Shown here piece after piece: positions 1 through 11,294 of a stretch of DNA of 64,000 bases. This DNA is from Diplonema japonicum (lineage: Eukaryota > Protista > Euglenozoa: Diplonemea), in assembly GCA_964019335.1 (NCBI GenBank), contig OZ025648.1:558001-622000 (forward strand), in the 5' to 3' direction. A program made the translations under genes and the position numbers. Under the pieces are notes generated by a model that made no database searches, was not told the origin of the DNA, and saw only the letters and a list, made by a program, of their open reading frames with translations. Numbering within the stretch: the stretch's first letter is position 1; the number at the start of each line of letters is the position of its first letter.

Positions 1-3000
1 TTGAAGGTGCGAAAGTGCCGCGTGGCGCCATATTGTGCGCAGCGACTGCTGGCAAAGCAGCTGCAACTGATGCTTCTCGATATTCAACGTATTCTGCACC
101 AGCCACAAGATAATTTCCATTTGAGGTGACACAGCTACTTCATTCTTTACAGACTTGCTGACCATTGCCGCTACAGACGGCGGCACCAGGAGCTGGATGC
201 ATTGTCCTTTCCCAATGCCACGCATTCTGAAGGCACCCTGTGCAGCGTCCCTGAAGACCATGTCCTTGCTCAGCGTCATAGCGGCTATGCACGACAGCGG
301 TTGCTTGATGTCCATCCCCGTGGTGTGGATGTGGTCATAGAAGGTGAAACGTTCCTCGGGAGCGAGACCACACTGCTGAAGGGTCATGCTGTGCATGCCC
401 TGCCTGATGAGCACCATCCTGACACCGTCCTTCGTCATGTAGACGACACCCCGGAAGGAGGGAAGGCCGTATTCGAGAAGCCAACGGGCGACTTCGTAGT
501 TTGTCATGCCTGTGATGAGGGCCCCCGTGTCAATTAGCGTTGTTGCATCTGAGGTTGCGATGGAGGTGAGAAGGGACTTCGGGTCCCAGCCTTCTTCGAG
601 GCGTGTGACGCTGAGCACATTGGGGTCTGTCAGCACGTCGAACACCTTACCGTCATCGCCAGACGCGTAGACGCACTTCCCCATCGACCTGGGGAGGAGG
701 TCGTTGGGTGTACCACTGAAACCCAGACGCACAGCAGCCAAAGGCTTGCCGGCCAGCTCCTGAGCAGAGGCTGTCAGCTGCTGTGGCGACTTGTCAAGCA
801 CCTCGGGGAACACCACTTGCGTCAAGAAGTACTTGATCGCATTCTGCGATTTCTCAAGCACACCGAACATAAAGGTCATCTGTTCTGTGTCCATCAAGTC
901 CAGCACCTCCAACGGCCAGATGCTGGCCTTCATTTCAGCCTCGTCGTCCGCAGCAGGGTCGTACTCGTCTTCCGTTGTCTTGATAAAGCTCTCTGGTGGT
1001 GCGCAGGTGTCCTTCTTGCCGAACAGGAAGGAACTGTCCCAGGAGTAGCCACGCACACGCCCGCCTTCTGCCTTGATCCACGAGACGTACAATTGGCAGT
1101 GCTTGCGCTGGTGGTGCGGGCGGCCGCTCTCTTCCTTCATTTCCGCCTTCATGAACTTGATGAGATCGACGAAGTTGTCATAGCGTAGCCCTGCCAGCTT
1201 GTACGAGACACACGAGAACCCTATCACCACGTCAGGGTCTTGGAACTCGCTGCTGTCAGCGGGCGTGTCTTTCCCCACGAAAGGTATGGCAAGGAGACGC
1301 CTTGTCTTAGGCATGTGAGGGTCACGAGCAAGGTACTTGTTGAGCTCCTCAGTACCGAGGACACCGTAGGACACACGGTGCACACGAGAGAGGATATGCG
1401 GGAGGAGTGTCTGGCCCCACAACCTGCAGAGGTTGAGGAGCTTGAGATCGCTGTCACGGCAGGACCTGCGGATAGCCTCAGCAACACTGGGGATGAGGGA
1501 CGTGGTAGGTGACGTGAGATAAGTCATGATGTGCTCATTAGGCAGGTCGCAGCACGCACCGTGGTGTCGTATCCAGATGAGCATCCACTTAGAAATGGGT
1601 TGCAGCAGCCAATAGGTGTAGTACTGCTTCGAGACAAGCGCAATGTGTGGGATGTCCTGAATGGCATGGTTCTGGACTCCTTCACGTATCTTCTGGTTTA
1701 GCTCTTCAATTGCCACTCTCGCCTCTTTCACATCGTCGAACATGCCCGCCTCACCTGAGTAGAACACGTCCAGCAGCTGCCATGGCAAGTTCCACCGCAT
1801 CCCTGTGTCGCTCAAGTCCAGTGGCTTTTTCTCCCCTAGCGGCCAGTTCAGCTCACTCTTCAAGGGGTGCAGCAACAAATCGATTTCGTCCATCAAGATA
1901 ACGCCCTTCTGGAAGCACTGCAGCACATCCTTCACGATAGTGATCTCCTCATTGATCACTACTTTGTCCTGCTTCGTCAGAGTCTTTGATTTCGATTTCC
2001 CGAATGCGTTCTTGATCTTTCTGAAGACCTTTTTCTGGGCTTCGTCCTCGGCCTTCGCCTGCAACCTGTTCACATCAAGCATGTCAGTAAGCTCAATCAT
2101 CTTGAGAAGCAAAGCCTTGATGGATGAGGGCGCCACCACGATAATGGATCGGCGTTTGATGGCAGATGTAATCTTACGCTTCAGCTCAGGGGTGGTCTTT
2201 GTAAACCTGTCGAAGACGATGTGCAGCACAGCTCGCTGCAGCAATGGGCTGCTGAACTTTTCCCTCAGAATTGCTTTCGAGAAGTCAACCAGTGAACGTG
2301 GCATGCACGCTGTAACCAGCCTGTTCCCATTAGCCATCATCAATGTCAGCAGCGGTGACACCACAGTGGTTTTCCCTTGTCCCATGATCATCTGATGGCA
2401 CAGAGAATTGCCACTCATCGCAGAGTCCTGGAATTTCGCCAGCAACTCCACCTGCCCCTTGCGGAGAAGAACACCAAACAGGAACTCGAAACACAGCAAA
2501 CGGGGATCGAAGGTCACAACGCCCTCTCCCATAGGCGCGGTGTAGTGACGCTCTGCTGACACGCTGCCCGCCAGCACCGACGCCTTAAGGTTGACACCAA
2601 CAGTGTCCGGCTTGTCGTGTTTGAGCTGTTTTTCAAGAGCGTCAAGCTCCATTAGACACCGCACCACTTGGTTGATACGTGAGGCATACGCCATCCAGCA
2701 TGTCACGCTCTGCCACATGTTCGGCAGGTCCAGGTCGTGGCTGATGCCCATCAGGGTAGCGTCGCTCACGTTAGAACACAATCCCTTCGCCAGGTCGATG
2801 ATGGTGATTTGGATTTCTGTACCCCCAAATCTCGCGAGCCATGAGCCCGAGTCGTCTTTGTTGACAGCGCCCACTGCACGCTCCTTCATCGCCTGGAGCT
2901 CTGCCAGGTCGGCTTGCTTCGTTGCAAGGAGTGACTTCCTCAAAGAGGCACGCAAGCCAGGGCCCAGGTCCTTCGTCATCGGTTCCTTCTTACCTGCAAG

Positions 3001-6000
3001 CATCCCCTCATAGTACTCCAGGTCCTGGATAAGCCTCATTTTCACATGCTCCACGCATGATTCCGATGGCAACCTGTCCAGTGCTTGATGCAGGTCCGCC
3101 AGCCTCCCTGCCGACAAGCACGGTACAGGTGCTTCGCGCACTGTCTTCGACGCAACAACAGACAACGGCTGGTGCATGGGGATACCCTTGTTCAGCTTGT
3201 GGGGTCTGCTGGGGCAGGCTGCGTCGTTGAACAGGGGTGTTGCAAGCCACTTCTTGTCCTCTGAATTGGGAATAGGGATCGTGGGTGGCGGCTGGAAGGC
3301 CTTCGGCAAGTTGGTTCTCCCAAACACTATGCAGTCCTTCATCTCGCGCAGCCTGCTCATCACGTCGTCGATGAGACGCGCGGTAGCAGATGTGGTACGG
3401 AATAGGCCTGCGACCATGGCCTTTGCTCTGCCCTCGCCCTCCCTCCTCCCCTCGTCGTAAACGGGCACGGTGGAGATGATAGTTGGGTTCAGGTCCAGAA
3501 CACGCAAGATGGAGATTAGAGCTCCTTGCTTGTTTGCATTTGGCAGCAACCGCACAAGAATACCACCCACGTCAGCAGCTGTATCCCCAGCACAGATGGG
3601 GAGGCTGATAGTTCCCGTAAATATTTCGTAGACGAGGACGAAAGGGAGCCCCGAAGAGTCTGGTGCACCAATGATGGTGTCGAGCTGCTGGAGGGCGGTC
3701 ATGCCTTGGAGCTTTCTCTCCTTAGGGCGGCTGTAGTTAAGACCTGAAAAGACGGGCTTAACTAATGAAGTGCAAGAATCGTCTGTGATGCTGTCGTAAG
3801 TGTCTTTTTGAGACCAGTTATCCGTGTACGAGAGGGGGCAATCACTTCCTGCCCCGCGGAGGGTTTTCAGCCTGTTGGAAAGGGCGTTGGAGTCGGGCTC
3901 GCCGCACAAGTCAAACAGCTCCATCTCGCTAGCAATAGAGAGTGCGCTCGATGCTGACACATCGGCCCTTCTTGTCACGTACTTCCTAAGTTCATCGCCA
4001 ACATGCCATGGGCACTTCATTGCATCGCCGAAAGGCAGCATCAGCAACGACAGCCTCAGCCTCGCTGCTACAGCATCGACATGGTTGGCCTGCAGTAACG
4101 CCAACGCCACCCTCCCCCACAGCTGCTTCTCTTCGGAGTCACTTGCATCTGCTAAACCAGCAGCAGTAATGCTCAGATCCTTGTACTTCTGAATCTGCGA
4201 TTGGCAAAGAAACAAATACAGCGCTGACGCGAGGGTGGGTGTGAAGATAAACTCGCCTGAAGTGTGTACAGGGTACAAGTAATGGCAACTCCCGCTTTCG
4301 CTAAGCGCTGCCGTCCACACTGTCTCACCCCTCCTGAAGACCAGTTGCGTTGAAGGCAGGCTAGTGACCCATGTCTGCGGCTCGTCTTCCACCTCAACGG
4401 CCTGCGGCTGGTCAGGTTCACCAGCGAACAGCGACGTTACAACAGACTTGTCCGGTTTAGGGATCTCAGGCTTGGGAAGCTTCTTCAGTTTCGCCATGAA
4501 GGACTCGGGATTTTTGTCGAAAGAAGCCAACCTCTGTGCCACCGCTGTGGGAGGGAGGTCGTCGACGAGTGACTTGAAGGCCACGTAGTGTGCCTCCTTT
4601 ATGGTTGGGTTGTTTAACGTCAGCTTAGGGAGGCCTTTGAGCATGTGCTGTATCAAGTCCTCGCGGTGCGAGTCGGTTACAGCCACAGCCTCGCCCTCCA
4701 TCTCGTCAAGCATGGCGGCTACCTCGAGGCCATCTGCGTGTGCTGGCGACACAGCAGGAGACCCGTTCCCTGGAGACGGCACGTCGCCAAATTGGTTTCT
4801 GAGCTTCTTTTTGGATTTCTTTCCCACACATTCGTGGCACTTGAACCCGCTCTTACGCACCTGCCCGCTTCGATCGGACCTACCACACACGATGCAGATC
4901 TCGTTCAACCTGCCTGCCTCCTCGTGGCGGCGTCTCCTGTCCGAAGGCTTCAGGTCCATAGGCAGGCAGTCGAACTCTGCTCCGTTCTCGAACTTGATGG
5001 AGAAAGTCCCCGGCACTGCGCCCTGCCCACTGACCACACCCTCCAGCCCGCTAGCGACAGCTGTGCTGCCATCACTGAACTTGATGGAGCGTGCAGAGAT
5101 GATGTGAGCGCCCACTGCAGTCACGTGCGCGGTGTGCGTGTCGGCCCTCATGGGCTCAGCGATTGCAGACGCCAAGATGAACACCTCTGCCGTGACGGGG
5201 TTGCGTAGGATGACGCAGCCGCCGCCAAACTGTTCGATGAGAGCAGCTTCGGTCTGCAACCCGTCCATCTCAAGAACCAGTCCTGCGTGTTGCTCGCATA
5301 GTAAGTCTTCGCCGCTCCTCTTGAAGGACAAGCGCAGCCTGGGCAATTCAAGCTCCTGCAGGGTGCCCTCCTCATCGCACCAAGCAAGCATGTGCGACAC
5401 GTTCTCGATCCTCACCAGAAGCTTAGTCAGCTCAACACTCGACTCTCCTAACAAGTTAATTAAAACAAGTTGCTTCGCAGGATCGGCGTCAGGCTTGCCA
5501 TCTGCGTTTAGCTGCTGCTTTGTTACCTTTGCCGTCGTTGCCTTCTTTGTCTTCAGAAGCTCAATGTTAAGTCTCGACTTTACCGACACTGTCGCGTCGC
5601 GCAATTCGCCTGTCAAGGAGTCGTCTTCGTTCTGCCAGAACATGTACCTGTCTAGAATGATGTCGGGCACAAGGCCAAGGAGGAGCCGTGTGGGCACGAA
5701 CATCTGTGCGCCGATCTCTTTGTTAATAGTGCGGTTGATGATGAGGGAGGGCAAAGGTGGCTCGACATAAGAAGCAGTACCACACTGCAGCAACCACTCA
5801 TCGCCTGCTTTCCAGACACGCTGCTCCATGTCGGAGTTCGTGGTGGAGGTCCCCACGTGCGGGGAGTGCAGGGACCACGCAGCGTCAGACGAGAACCTCT
5901 GCCGCCTGTAGAACCTCCGCCCGTGTTCCACAATGTCGTAAATGTGCACCACAGGCGGGTCATGGTACACAATCACCTCCTTCACTTGCAGGGGGCCGTC

Positions 6001-9000
6001 CTTTTGTCCCCTTGCTCGATACACACCGCTCAGCACCACACTCATGTTATCACCGAAAGAAGCAGATGGTAAATACAACACCATTTCCTGCAGCACAGGT
6101 ATATTCGCACGCACAGGCTCTAAAACTTCGCTCAGCCATTTCTCCGCCAATCCCAGTGACCCAGGCTTGTACAACCGCCCCCTGTCGTGCCCTGGTGTTC
6201 TGTCATCAGGATCCCACAACAACAGATCATGCCGCCTGCCCAACATGCGCAGCCAGTGCCTCCGAGACCTGACTGAAACGTCAGCGCAGTGCACATCACC
6301 GATGTCCGTGAACACCTCTTCGAAGTCCCTATTTGCACTGAAGTGGTCTGGCACAAGCTTCAGCTCTTGTTTTCTAAGGGAGAACTCACCCAGGTTCATG
6401 TTAATCATGATCGAGTTGGGCCCTTCGGAGGTGCGCAGCAGCCAGTCACGGTACGACTCAGACGGCTGGGGTGCAAGCATAGCTTCGGATATGACGTGGC
6501 TGTCCGGGACAAGGGTGCCAGGGAGGTTGCTGGGTTCCATCCATTTTCTCTTCGGCTGCTCTTGCACGCCTGGGTTTGATTTGAAGATGTCGCCCGTCAT
6601 TGTCGCCACGCGTGCCACAGCCTCGGGTACACTGCCATCGTCGTTTTCTTTTATCCACTTCCACATAGGCCTGCGGTGCTTCTCGAAGGTGTCGAACATT
6701 TCGAGCTCGGTGATGCCCAACGCACTCAGCGCCCCTTCCCTTTGAAAGCTCGAAAGGAAGGCTTGTGCCGAGAACATGGTGGCGACGGATTTGAAGCAGT
6801 AGTCCTTCTCTCTAGCGTTCCTGAAGAGCAAGGCGAGGTGTGCGTAGATGTTGCACGAGGCTTTGATGTCCTTGGCTTGGATGGACTTGCGGCACCACCT
6901 GCTGAGAGCTCTGAAGACAGGACCTGTTAGCTGCTCTGTGATGTGTACTTCGGCTGCCAATAATATTTTGTAGTTCTCTGAGATGGCGCTTGAAAGCAAC
7001 CCGCGCACCCCTGACTTGAGGATGCTCGCCGCACTAGCATCGTTGGTCCCCACTGCCTCGACGTGCCTGCAGATGTAGCTGATGTATCCCAAGACACGTG
7101 AAGCCAGCTTCGTGATATACAAGAAGAGCATAGCGGAGGGAGAGTTGTACCGTCCGGTGTCCTTCTCCAGTGCGTATGCCAGCATGACGGTCACCGCCTT
7201 AACAACTACGTCGGGTGAAGTGTGGAGCTCGTTGTTCAGCAGCCCAACAGGCGTCGAGAGGTGTGCACGTGTCTCTGCAGGGATGTACTCTGGGCAGATT
7301 TTCTGCACCTCTGCCTGAAAGGCGCCTGCTTCAAACAAAGCCGCGTCTAGCACACCCTGCACATTACCGTCGTTGAGGGCATGGATCCTGTCCCTGTCCG
7401 ACAGGAATGCCAGCAGCAAAGGGATTCTAATGTACGGCGCGGTGAGGATGGTCAGGAGCAGCTCGCTGTCCTGTTTCCTCAGCGAATAGTCGAAGTCGGG
7501 CAGCTTCTCGCTTGGAATGAACAGCACATCCTCCTCTGTCTCGACAGGAGCACCCGCCAGCACACTGGGGTCCGCGTTCGAAGCGTTCCTCAACGTGCTC
7601 TTCTTGCTGATGCCGAGCTTCTGCTTGAAACCTTTGAAGAGACCGCCCTTCTCATGGTATCTGGTGACAGTCTCGTTCAACTCCTTCCCTTGGAACCCCA
7701 CTACCATCACCTTCGCTGGTGTGGCTTCCATCATATTGAAGGTGAGATAAGTGTCTGTGACTGTCCACGGTGACGCTTCGGGGAGGGCCTCCAAGGTAGG
7801 CGACATCAGCATGCGCATAAGGAACACGGTGTCCCGCAGGATTTTGTACTCCGGACAGGAGCTCATAACGGTGGGATCTTCCCCCGTGAGTAGTGGAGTC
7901 AGCTCCTTGGGTGTGTCCTCCCTGTAGGCGTCGCCCGTCACACACGACAGCTGCAGCAGAAACTTGGCGTCGCCAGTGCCCAGACCAGGCCCCTCATCAT
8001 ATGCGAAGATCACATGATCGGGCAGCAGCGTCTTCCTCTGCTGGATGAAGTAGTCAAGAACAATAGTGCGCAGGGACATCACCTCCGGGCAGCAAATAAG
8101 GAGTGAGTCTGTCTGGTTAATGAGCTCTGTCATGTCAACCCCGTAGGCGGTGACTGGGCCCTTGCACGCTGCACTGTAATGCTGAGTAAAGACAGACAAG
8201 TTGTTCATAACAGGCATGCGGCACAGCGCATCGATCACGCTCACACAGCTGGCAGTGACTATGATTCTAGCACCGTCAATTTCCCTGCTGTTCCGCAGTG
8301 CGCATGAAGAAGCAACAAAGTGCCTCGTGAGCAGCTCGAACAACCTGAGCAACTCTTGCTGCGCTTCGTACTTGATGGGGCGAGTGTAGAAGCACCTGGT
8401 GTCCTTGTACTCGTGCCCTCTGTGGAGGGGCAGGGGGACCACCCTACACATGAAGTGCGTCACAAGGGAGACCTTCACACTCACTGCGTGCGGCATGTCT
8501 TCCTGCTGGTTGTCAAGAAGCGTGAGTGCATCCACCACCTTCTTGAGACACACAATGAGATCGCTGTAGTCATCGACGATCTCTGGCAGCGTGGCCAGCG
8601 CTATGGGGAGTACTATGCGCGGGTGCACAGGAGAACCTGCCAGGTGGTCCGTCGACTCAGACCTGTCAAAACGATCCCAGTGGGGAAACCACCGCCCGAG
8701 AGACTTCGTTGACGTGACAGGCTTCGGGATGGGCTCAGCAATGCTCGCACAGATGCTCTTAGAAGCAGGCGACAGGGACTCGACACGGCTCAAAGCACGC
8801 TCGATCATGCTGCGGAGCTGGTCCTGTGCCTCGCTACTGCTCTGGATCTCACTTGCGGTAATTGCAATATCTTTTAAAGCCATCTTCAAGGCAGCGATCT
8901 CATTCACGGTAACACGCCTGCCGCCCATCGACACTTCGCCCAGCGCCCTCTCCACCATGCCGCACCGCACACCTACCTCCGCACCCCACGCAGCTTCTTG

Positions 9001-9768
9001 TTTGCTGGCACCACAACACTTCAACCCGTACCGTAGCGCAGTCAAAATGAGCTGTGAGAAGCTGTTGTCACCCATGGGCGGGACACGCTGGAACCAGGCA
9101 CCGCTGTCGTTGCTTGGGATGCACTTAGGTGGGAGCCGTGTGAGGTATGGCAGAAGGGTTTCATATAGGACAGTGGGTGAATTGGTCTTGCTAGGGTAGA
9201 CCCAGAGGCGCAGGACGAGGTACCAGAAGACGCCGTTAGTGAGCCGTGTGAAGGGGATGTCGCTGTAAATGAGGGGCATCCTGCGAAGCATTTCGGACAC
9301 AGCAGGCGGGGTGGGCGAGGGCAGCACAGGGTGGTACCCCACACCGGATCCCAGGTTGCAGACACCAAGTGTGAATGTATCTGTCTTGTTCTTGTGCACC
9401 ACTAGCAGCATGAAGGTGCACATCGACGAGGAGGCGGACAGCTTCCACCCGCACGGGATGATGGTGACCTTGCCTGTGGGGCTGGTCGCAAGCCGGTCGA
9501 TAATGCAGCACACGTAACTATACATCTCAGCGCGGTTAGCCGCCTTGTAGCCTTGGGGCTGCGGCATCTTCTTCACGAGTTCCAAGCAGTCCTTCAGCGC
9601 ACGGCCCATCTCGTAGACACCAGTCACGCCCGTGACATCGCTGATGCTGTCGGAGATGTTCTGGAGGGACGCCGTGAACGCCTGCAAGGTGTCACCTTCG
9701 TCAGCGTTGTCGACCTTTTCAAGGCTGCGTGTGAAGAGGCCACACGGCAGGTTGTGAACGTTAGTCAT
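1..9768 (-). CDS. Giant (>3256 aa) DUF3638-type P-loop protein, C-terminus beyond the window edge
   Basis: ATG at 9768 (MTNVHNLPCG...). The same frame still reads as protein at base 1 (LCQQSLRTIWRHAALSHLQ), and the ORF track lists no stop-terminated ORF in this frame. Motif QMIMGQGKTTVVSPLL near 2350-2395 is typical of DUF3638. Cys-rich knuckle (CIVC...CHEC) near 4830-4900. Confidence 0.85.
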   Translation of the reverse strand, partial: MTNVHNLPCGLFTRSLEKVDNADEGDTLQAFTASLQNISDSISDVTGVTGVYEMGRALKDCLELVKKMPQPQGYKAANRAEMYSYVCCIIDRLATSPTGKVTIIPCGWKLSASSSMCTFMLLVVHKNKTDTFTLGVCNLGSGVGYHPVLPSPTPPAVSEMLRRMPLIYSDIPFTRLTNGVFWYLVLRLWVYPSKTNSPTVLYETLLPYLTRLPPKCIPSNDSGAWFQRVPPMGDNSFSQLILTALRYGLKCCGASKQEAAWGAEVGVRCGMVERALGEVSMGGRRVTVNEIAALKMALKDIAITASEIQSSSEAQDQLRSMIERALSRVESLSPASKSICASIAEPIPKPVTSTKSLGRWFPHWDRFDRSESTDHLAGSPVHPRIVLPIALATLPEIVDDYSDLIVCLKKVVDALTLLDNQQEDMPHAVSVKVSLVTHFMCRVVPLPLHRGHEYKDTRCFYTRPIKYEAQQELLRLFELLTRHFVASSCALRNSREIDGARIIVTASCVSVIDALCRMPVMNNLSVFTQHYSAACKGPVTAYGVDMTELINQTDSLLICCPEVMSLRTIVLDYFIQQRKTLLPDHVIFAYDEGPGLGTGDAKFLLQLSCVTGDAYREDTPKELTPLLTGEDPTVMSSCPEYKILRDTVFLMRMLMSPTLEALPEASPWTVTDTYLTFNMMEATPAKVMVVGFQGKELNETVTRYHEKGGLFKGFKQKLGISKKSTLRNASNADPSVLAGAPVETEEDVLFIPSEKLPDFDYSLRKQDSELLLTILTAPYIRIPLLLAFLSDRDRIHALNDGNVQGVLDAALFEAGAFQAEVQKICPEYIPAETRAHLSTPVGLLNNELHTSPDVVVKAVTVMLAYALEKDTGRYNSPSAMLFLYITKLASRVLGYISYICRHVEAVGTNDASAASILKSGVRGLLSSAISENYKILLAAEVHITEQLTGPVFRALSRWCRKSIQAKDIKASCNIYAHLALLFRNAREKDYCFKSVATMFSAQAFLSSFQREGALSALGITELEMFDTFEKHRRPMWKWIKENDDGSVPEAVARVATMTGDIFKSNPGVQEQPKRKWMEPSNLPGTLVPDSHVISEAMLAPQPSESYRDWLLRTSEGPNSIMINMNLGEFSLRKQELKLVPDHFSANRDFEEVFTDIGDVHCADVSVRSRRHWLRMLGRRHDLLLWDPDDRTPGHDRGRLYKPGSLGLAEKWLSEVLEPVRANIPVLQEMVLYLPSASFGDNMSVVLSGVYRARGQKDGPLQVKEVIVYHDPPVVHIYDIVEHGRRFYRRQRFSSDAAWSLHSPHVGTSTTNSDMEQRVWKAGDEWLLQCGTASYVEPPLPSLIINRTINKEIGAQMFVPTRLLLGLVPDIILDRYMFWQNEDDSLTGELRDATVSVKSRLNIELLKTKKATTAKVTKQQLNADGKPDADPAKQLVLINLLGESSVELTKLLVRIENVSHMLAWCDEEGTLQELELPRLRLSFKRSGEDLLCEQHAGLVLEMDGLQTEAALIEQFGGGCVILRNPVTAEVFILASAIAEPMRADTHTAHVTAVGAHIISARSIKFSDGSTAVASGLEGVVSGQGAVPGTFSIKFENGAEFDCLPMDLKPSDRRRRHEEAGRLNEICIVCGRSDRSGQVRKSGFKCHECVGKKSKKKLRNQFGDVPSPGNGSPAVSPAHADGLEVAAMLDEMEGEAVAVTDSHREDLIQHMLKGLPKLTLNNPTIKEAHYVAFKSLVDDLPPTAVAQRLASFDKNPESFMAKLKKLPKPEIPKPDKSVVTSLFAGEPDQPQAVEVEDEPQTWVTSLPSTQLVFRRGETVWTAALSESGSCHYLYPVHTSGEFIFTPTLASALYLFLCQSQIQKYKDLSITAAGLADASDSEEKQLWGRVALALLQANHVDAVAARLRLSLLMLPFGDAMKCPWHVGDELRKYVTRRADVSASSALSIASEMELFDLCGEPDSNALSNRLKTLRGAGSDCPLSYTDNWSQKDTYDSITDDSCTSLVKPVFSGLNYSRPKERKLQGMTALQQLDTIIGAPDSSGLPFVLVYEIFTGTISLPICAGDTAADVGGILVRLLPNANKQGALISILRVLDLNPTIISTVPVYDEGRREGEGRAKAMVAGLFRTTSATARLIDDVMSRLREMKDCIVFGRTNLPKAFQPPPTIPIPNSEDKKWLATPLFNDAACPSRPHKLNKGIPMHQPLSVVASKTVREAPVPCLSAGRLADLHQALDRLPSESCVEHVKMRLIQDLEYYEGMLAGKKEPMTKDLGPGLRASLRKSLLATKQADLAELQAMKERAVGAVNKDDSGSWLARFGGTEIQITIIDLAKGLCSNVSDATLMGISHDLDLPNMWQSVTCWMAYASRINQVVRCLMELDALEKQLKHDKPDTVGVNLKASVLAGSVSAERHYTAPMGEGVVTFDPRLLCFEFLFGVLLRKGQVELLAKFQDSAMSGNSLCHQMIMGQGKTTVVSPLLTLMMANGNRLVTACMPRSLVDFSKAILREKFSSPLLQRAVLHIVFDRFTKTTPELKRKITSAIKRRSIIVVAPSSIKALLLKMIELTDMLDVNRLQAKAEDEAQKKVFRKIKNAFGKSKSKTLTKQDKVVINEEITIVKDVLQCFQKGVILMDEIDLLLHPLKSELNWPLGEKKPLDLSDTGMRWNLPWQLLDVFYSGEAGMFDDVKEARVAIEELNQKIREGVQNHAIQDIPHIALVSKQYYTYWLLQPISKWMLIWIRHHGACCDLPNEHIMTYLTSPTTSLIPSVAEAIRRSCRDSDLKLLNLCRLWGQTLLPHILSRVHRVSYGVLGTEELNKYLARDPHMPKTRRLLAIPFVGKDTPADSSEFQDPDVVIGFSCVSYKLAGLRYDNFVDLIKFMKAEMKEESGRPHHQRKHCQLYVSWIKAEGGRVRGYSWDSSFLFGKKDTCAPPESFIKTTEDEYDPAADDEAEMKASIWPLEVLDLMDTEQMTFMFGVLEKSQNAIKYFLTQVVFPEVLDKSPQQLTASAQELAGKPLAAVRLGFSGTPNDLLPRSMGKCVYASGDDGKVFDVLTDPNVLSVTRLEEGWDPKSLLTSIATSDATTLIDTGALITGMTNYEVARWLLEYGLPSFRGVVYMTKDGVRMVLIRQGMHSMTLQQCGLAPEERFTFYDHIHTTGMDIKQPLSCIAAMTLSKDMVFRDAAQGAFRMRGIGKGQCIQLLVPPSVAAMVSKSVKNEVAVSPQMEIILWLVQNTLNIEKHQLQLLCQQSLRTIWRHAALSHLQ

Positions 9769-9950
9769 ATAGAACAGAGTGGGGGGGGGGGGGGGGGGGG
9801 GGGTGTCCTACTGGGTGCATCATGCAACAATAACGACAAAAAAGAAAAAAAATCACGATACTATGCGAGATGAAAACCAATGAGATAAGGAAAAACTTTT
9901 GGAAGGGGGTAGAAAAAAACAAAAAAAAGGGGGGGGGACCTTCCTTCTCC

Positions 9951-10385
9951 TCAGGTCGCTGCAACAAGCATACCCCGCCGACGTTTTGGTGGAGGGGTGA
10001 GCCTTCGGGTCTCCGCAGTGAGGGCAGCAACAGTCGCACCTGCGACAGCTAATGCAAGGATTGGGCCTTCCTCTGGCCCGGTGAAGACTTCGCCCTTTGG
10101 ATACGAAACACTTATGCCGTACAAGGTTTCGAGTGCCAAGTTGATATCCTGCCCAGTGAGCACCACCTCTTCCCGTCTGTCCTTTGCCCTGTGCTGTGCA
10201 AGCCTGCACGCTAGGTCTGCCACCTTGTGCATGAACAGAGATGCATCAGACTCGATGACCTGCATGGCTGTGGTCGATAGCTGAGCGTGCGCTACACCAT
10301 GTGCCTTCGCTGCCTCCCCTTCGCTTATGTTTTGGATTAGTCTTGAAAGGGTAATGGGGTTTACTAAGCTTTCAGTGCTGCTCAT
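9951..10385 (-). CDS. Histone-fold protein, TAF12-like
   Basis: MSSTESLV...ASLFMHKVADLACRLAQHR...LTGQDINLALE resembles the TAF12 histone fold. Confidence 0.65.
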   Translation of the reverse strand: MSSTESLVNPITLSRLIQNISEGEAAKAHGVAHAQLSTTAMQVIESDASLFMHKVADLACRLAQHRAKDRREEVVLTGQDINLALETLYGISVSYPKGEVFTGPEEGPILALAVAGATVAALTAETRRLTPPPKRRRGMLVAAT

Positions 10386-10487
10386 TTTTTTCCCTTTCTT
10401 TTTTCTTCCCCCCCCCCTGTGTCTGAGAGAGAACATTAGAAGGGAAGAGAGAAAGAAGAAAAGAAAAAAAAAAGAGAATAAGTGTTA

Positions 10488-10739
10488 TCACACTGTGTCT
10501 TTGTTCTGTTCTCGTTCAGCTCTTGCGTTTGACATTACTATTAGGGCCGCCTGCGCCCTTTGCAGTTTCACGGCAAATTCTGCGTCGTTGGAAATTTCTC
10601 TCGATTTTCTAAACTCTCTTCTGATCTCGTCGCACACAAAGATCCTCGCGGTTGATGTAGGGATCACCTCTGAAGAGGAGGCCAACCTTATCATGGTCTT
10701 ATAAAGCATTTTCGCAGAGGTGATAGGAGGGTGCTCCAT
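10488..10739 (-). CDS. LYR-motif (Complex1_LYR-like) small protein
   Basis: LYKTMIRLA...EIRREFRK pattern; 83 aa. Confidence 0.65.
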   Translation of the reverse strand: MEHPPITSAKMLYKTMIRLASSSEVIPTSTARIFVCDEIRREFRKSREISNDAEFAVKLQRAQAALIVMSNARAEREQNKDTV

Positions 10740-11095
10740 TGTGGTTGAGACGCCCCTTCACTGGGATGCAGTTTCTTATACGATTTATTTTATTTTATTT
10801 TTTCCATAAAAAATACACACTAAACTCCCCCCCCCCCCCCCCCCCCTCTTTTTATAATAACCACAGAAAAAAAGAAGACTATGATGGGGGAGGGGGGAGA
10901 CAGAGAAATGGTTTATTGTTTTTTATTCTCTGAAAAGCAACGACCCTCCCACAGGAAAAAAAATCCACTTACATTTCTCTCTCTCACTCACTCCCCCCCC
11001 CCCCCCCCCCCCCCGATCTTATTTCCGTGAAAGACAACACATAAAGGCGAGGGGGGAGAACAAGGCTTTTATTAAAATTATCGTTTTTCTCTTTT

Positions 11096-11256
11096 TTACC
11101 TAGGACCAACATATTGTTGGCCCTGCCCAGGCATCATCCCAGGAGGAGGTGGAACGGTGTGCCCACCAGGCATGCCCGGAGGCGCCCCGGCCATGGGGGG
11201 AGGCGCACCATATGTGCCCGGCATACCAGGTGGAGGAGGCGGGGGTGCATTGCCCT

Positions 11257-11294
<38 letters not shown>

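Noticed and set aside
155-9873. Many + strand ORFs (also 27916-28998, 45068-46081, 53524-54492)
   Set aside because: Antisense shadows of real minus-strand genes; no protein motifs.
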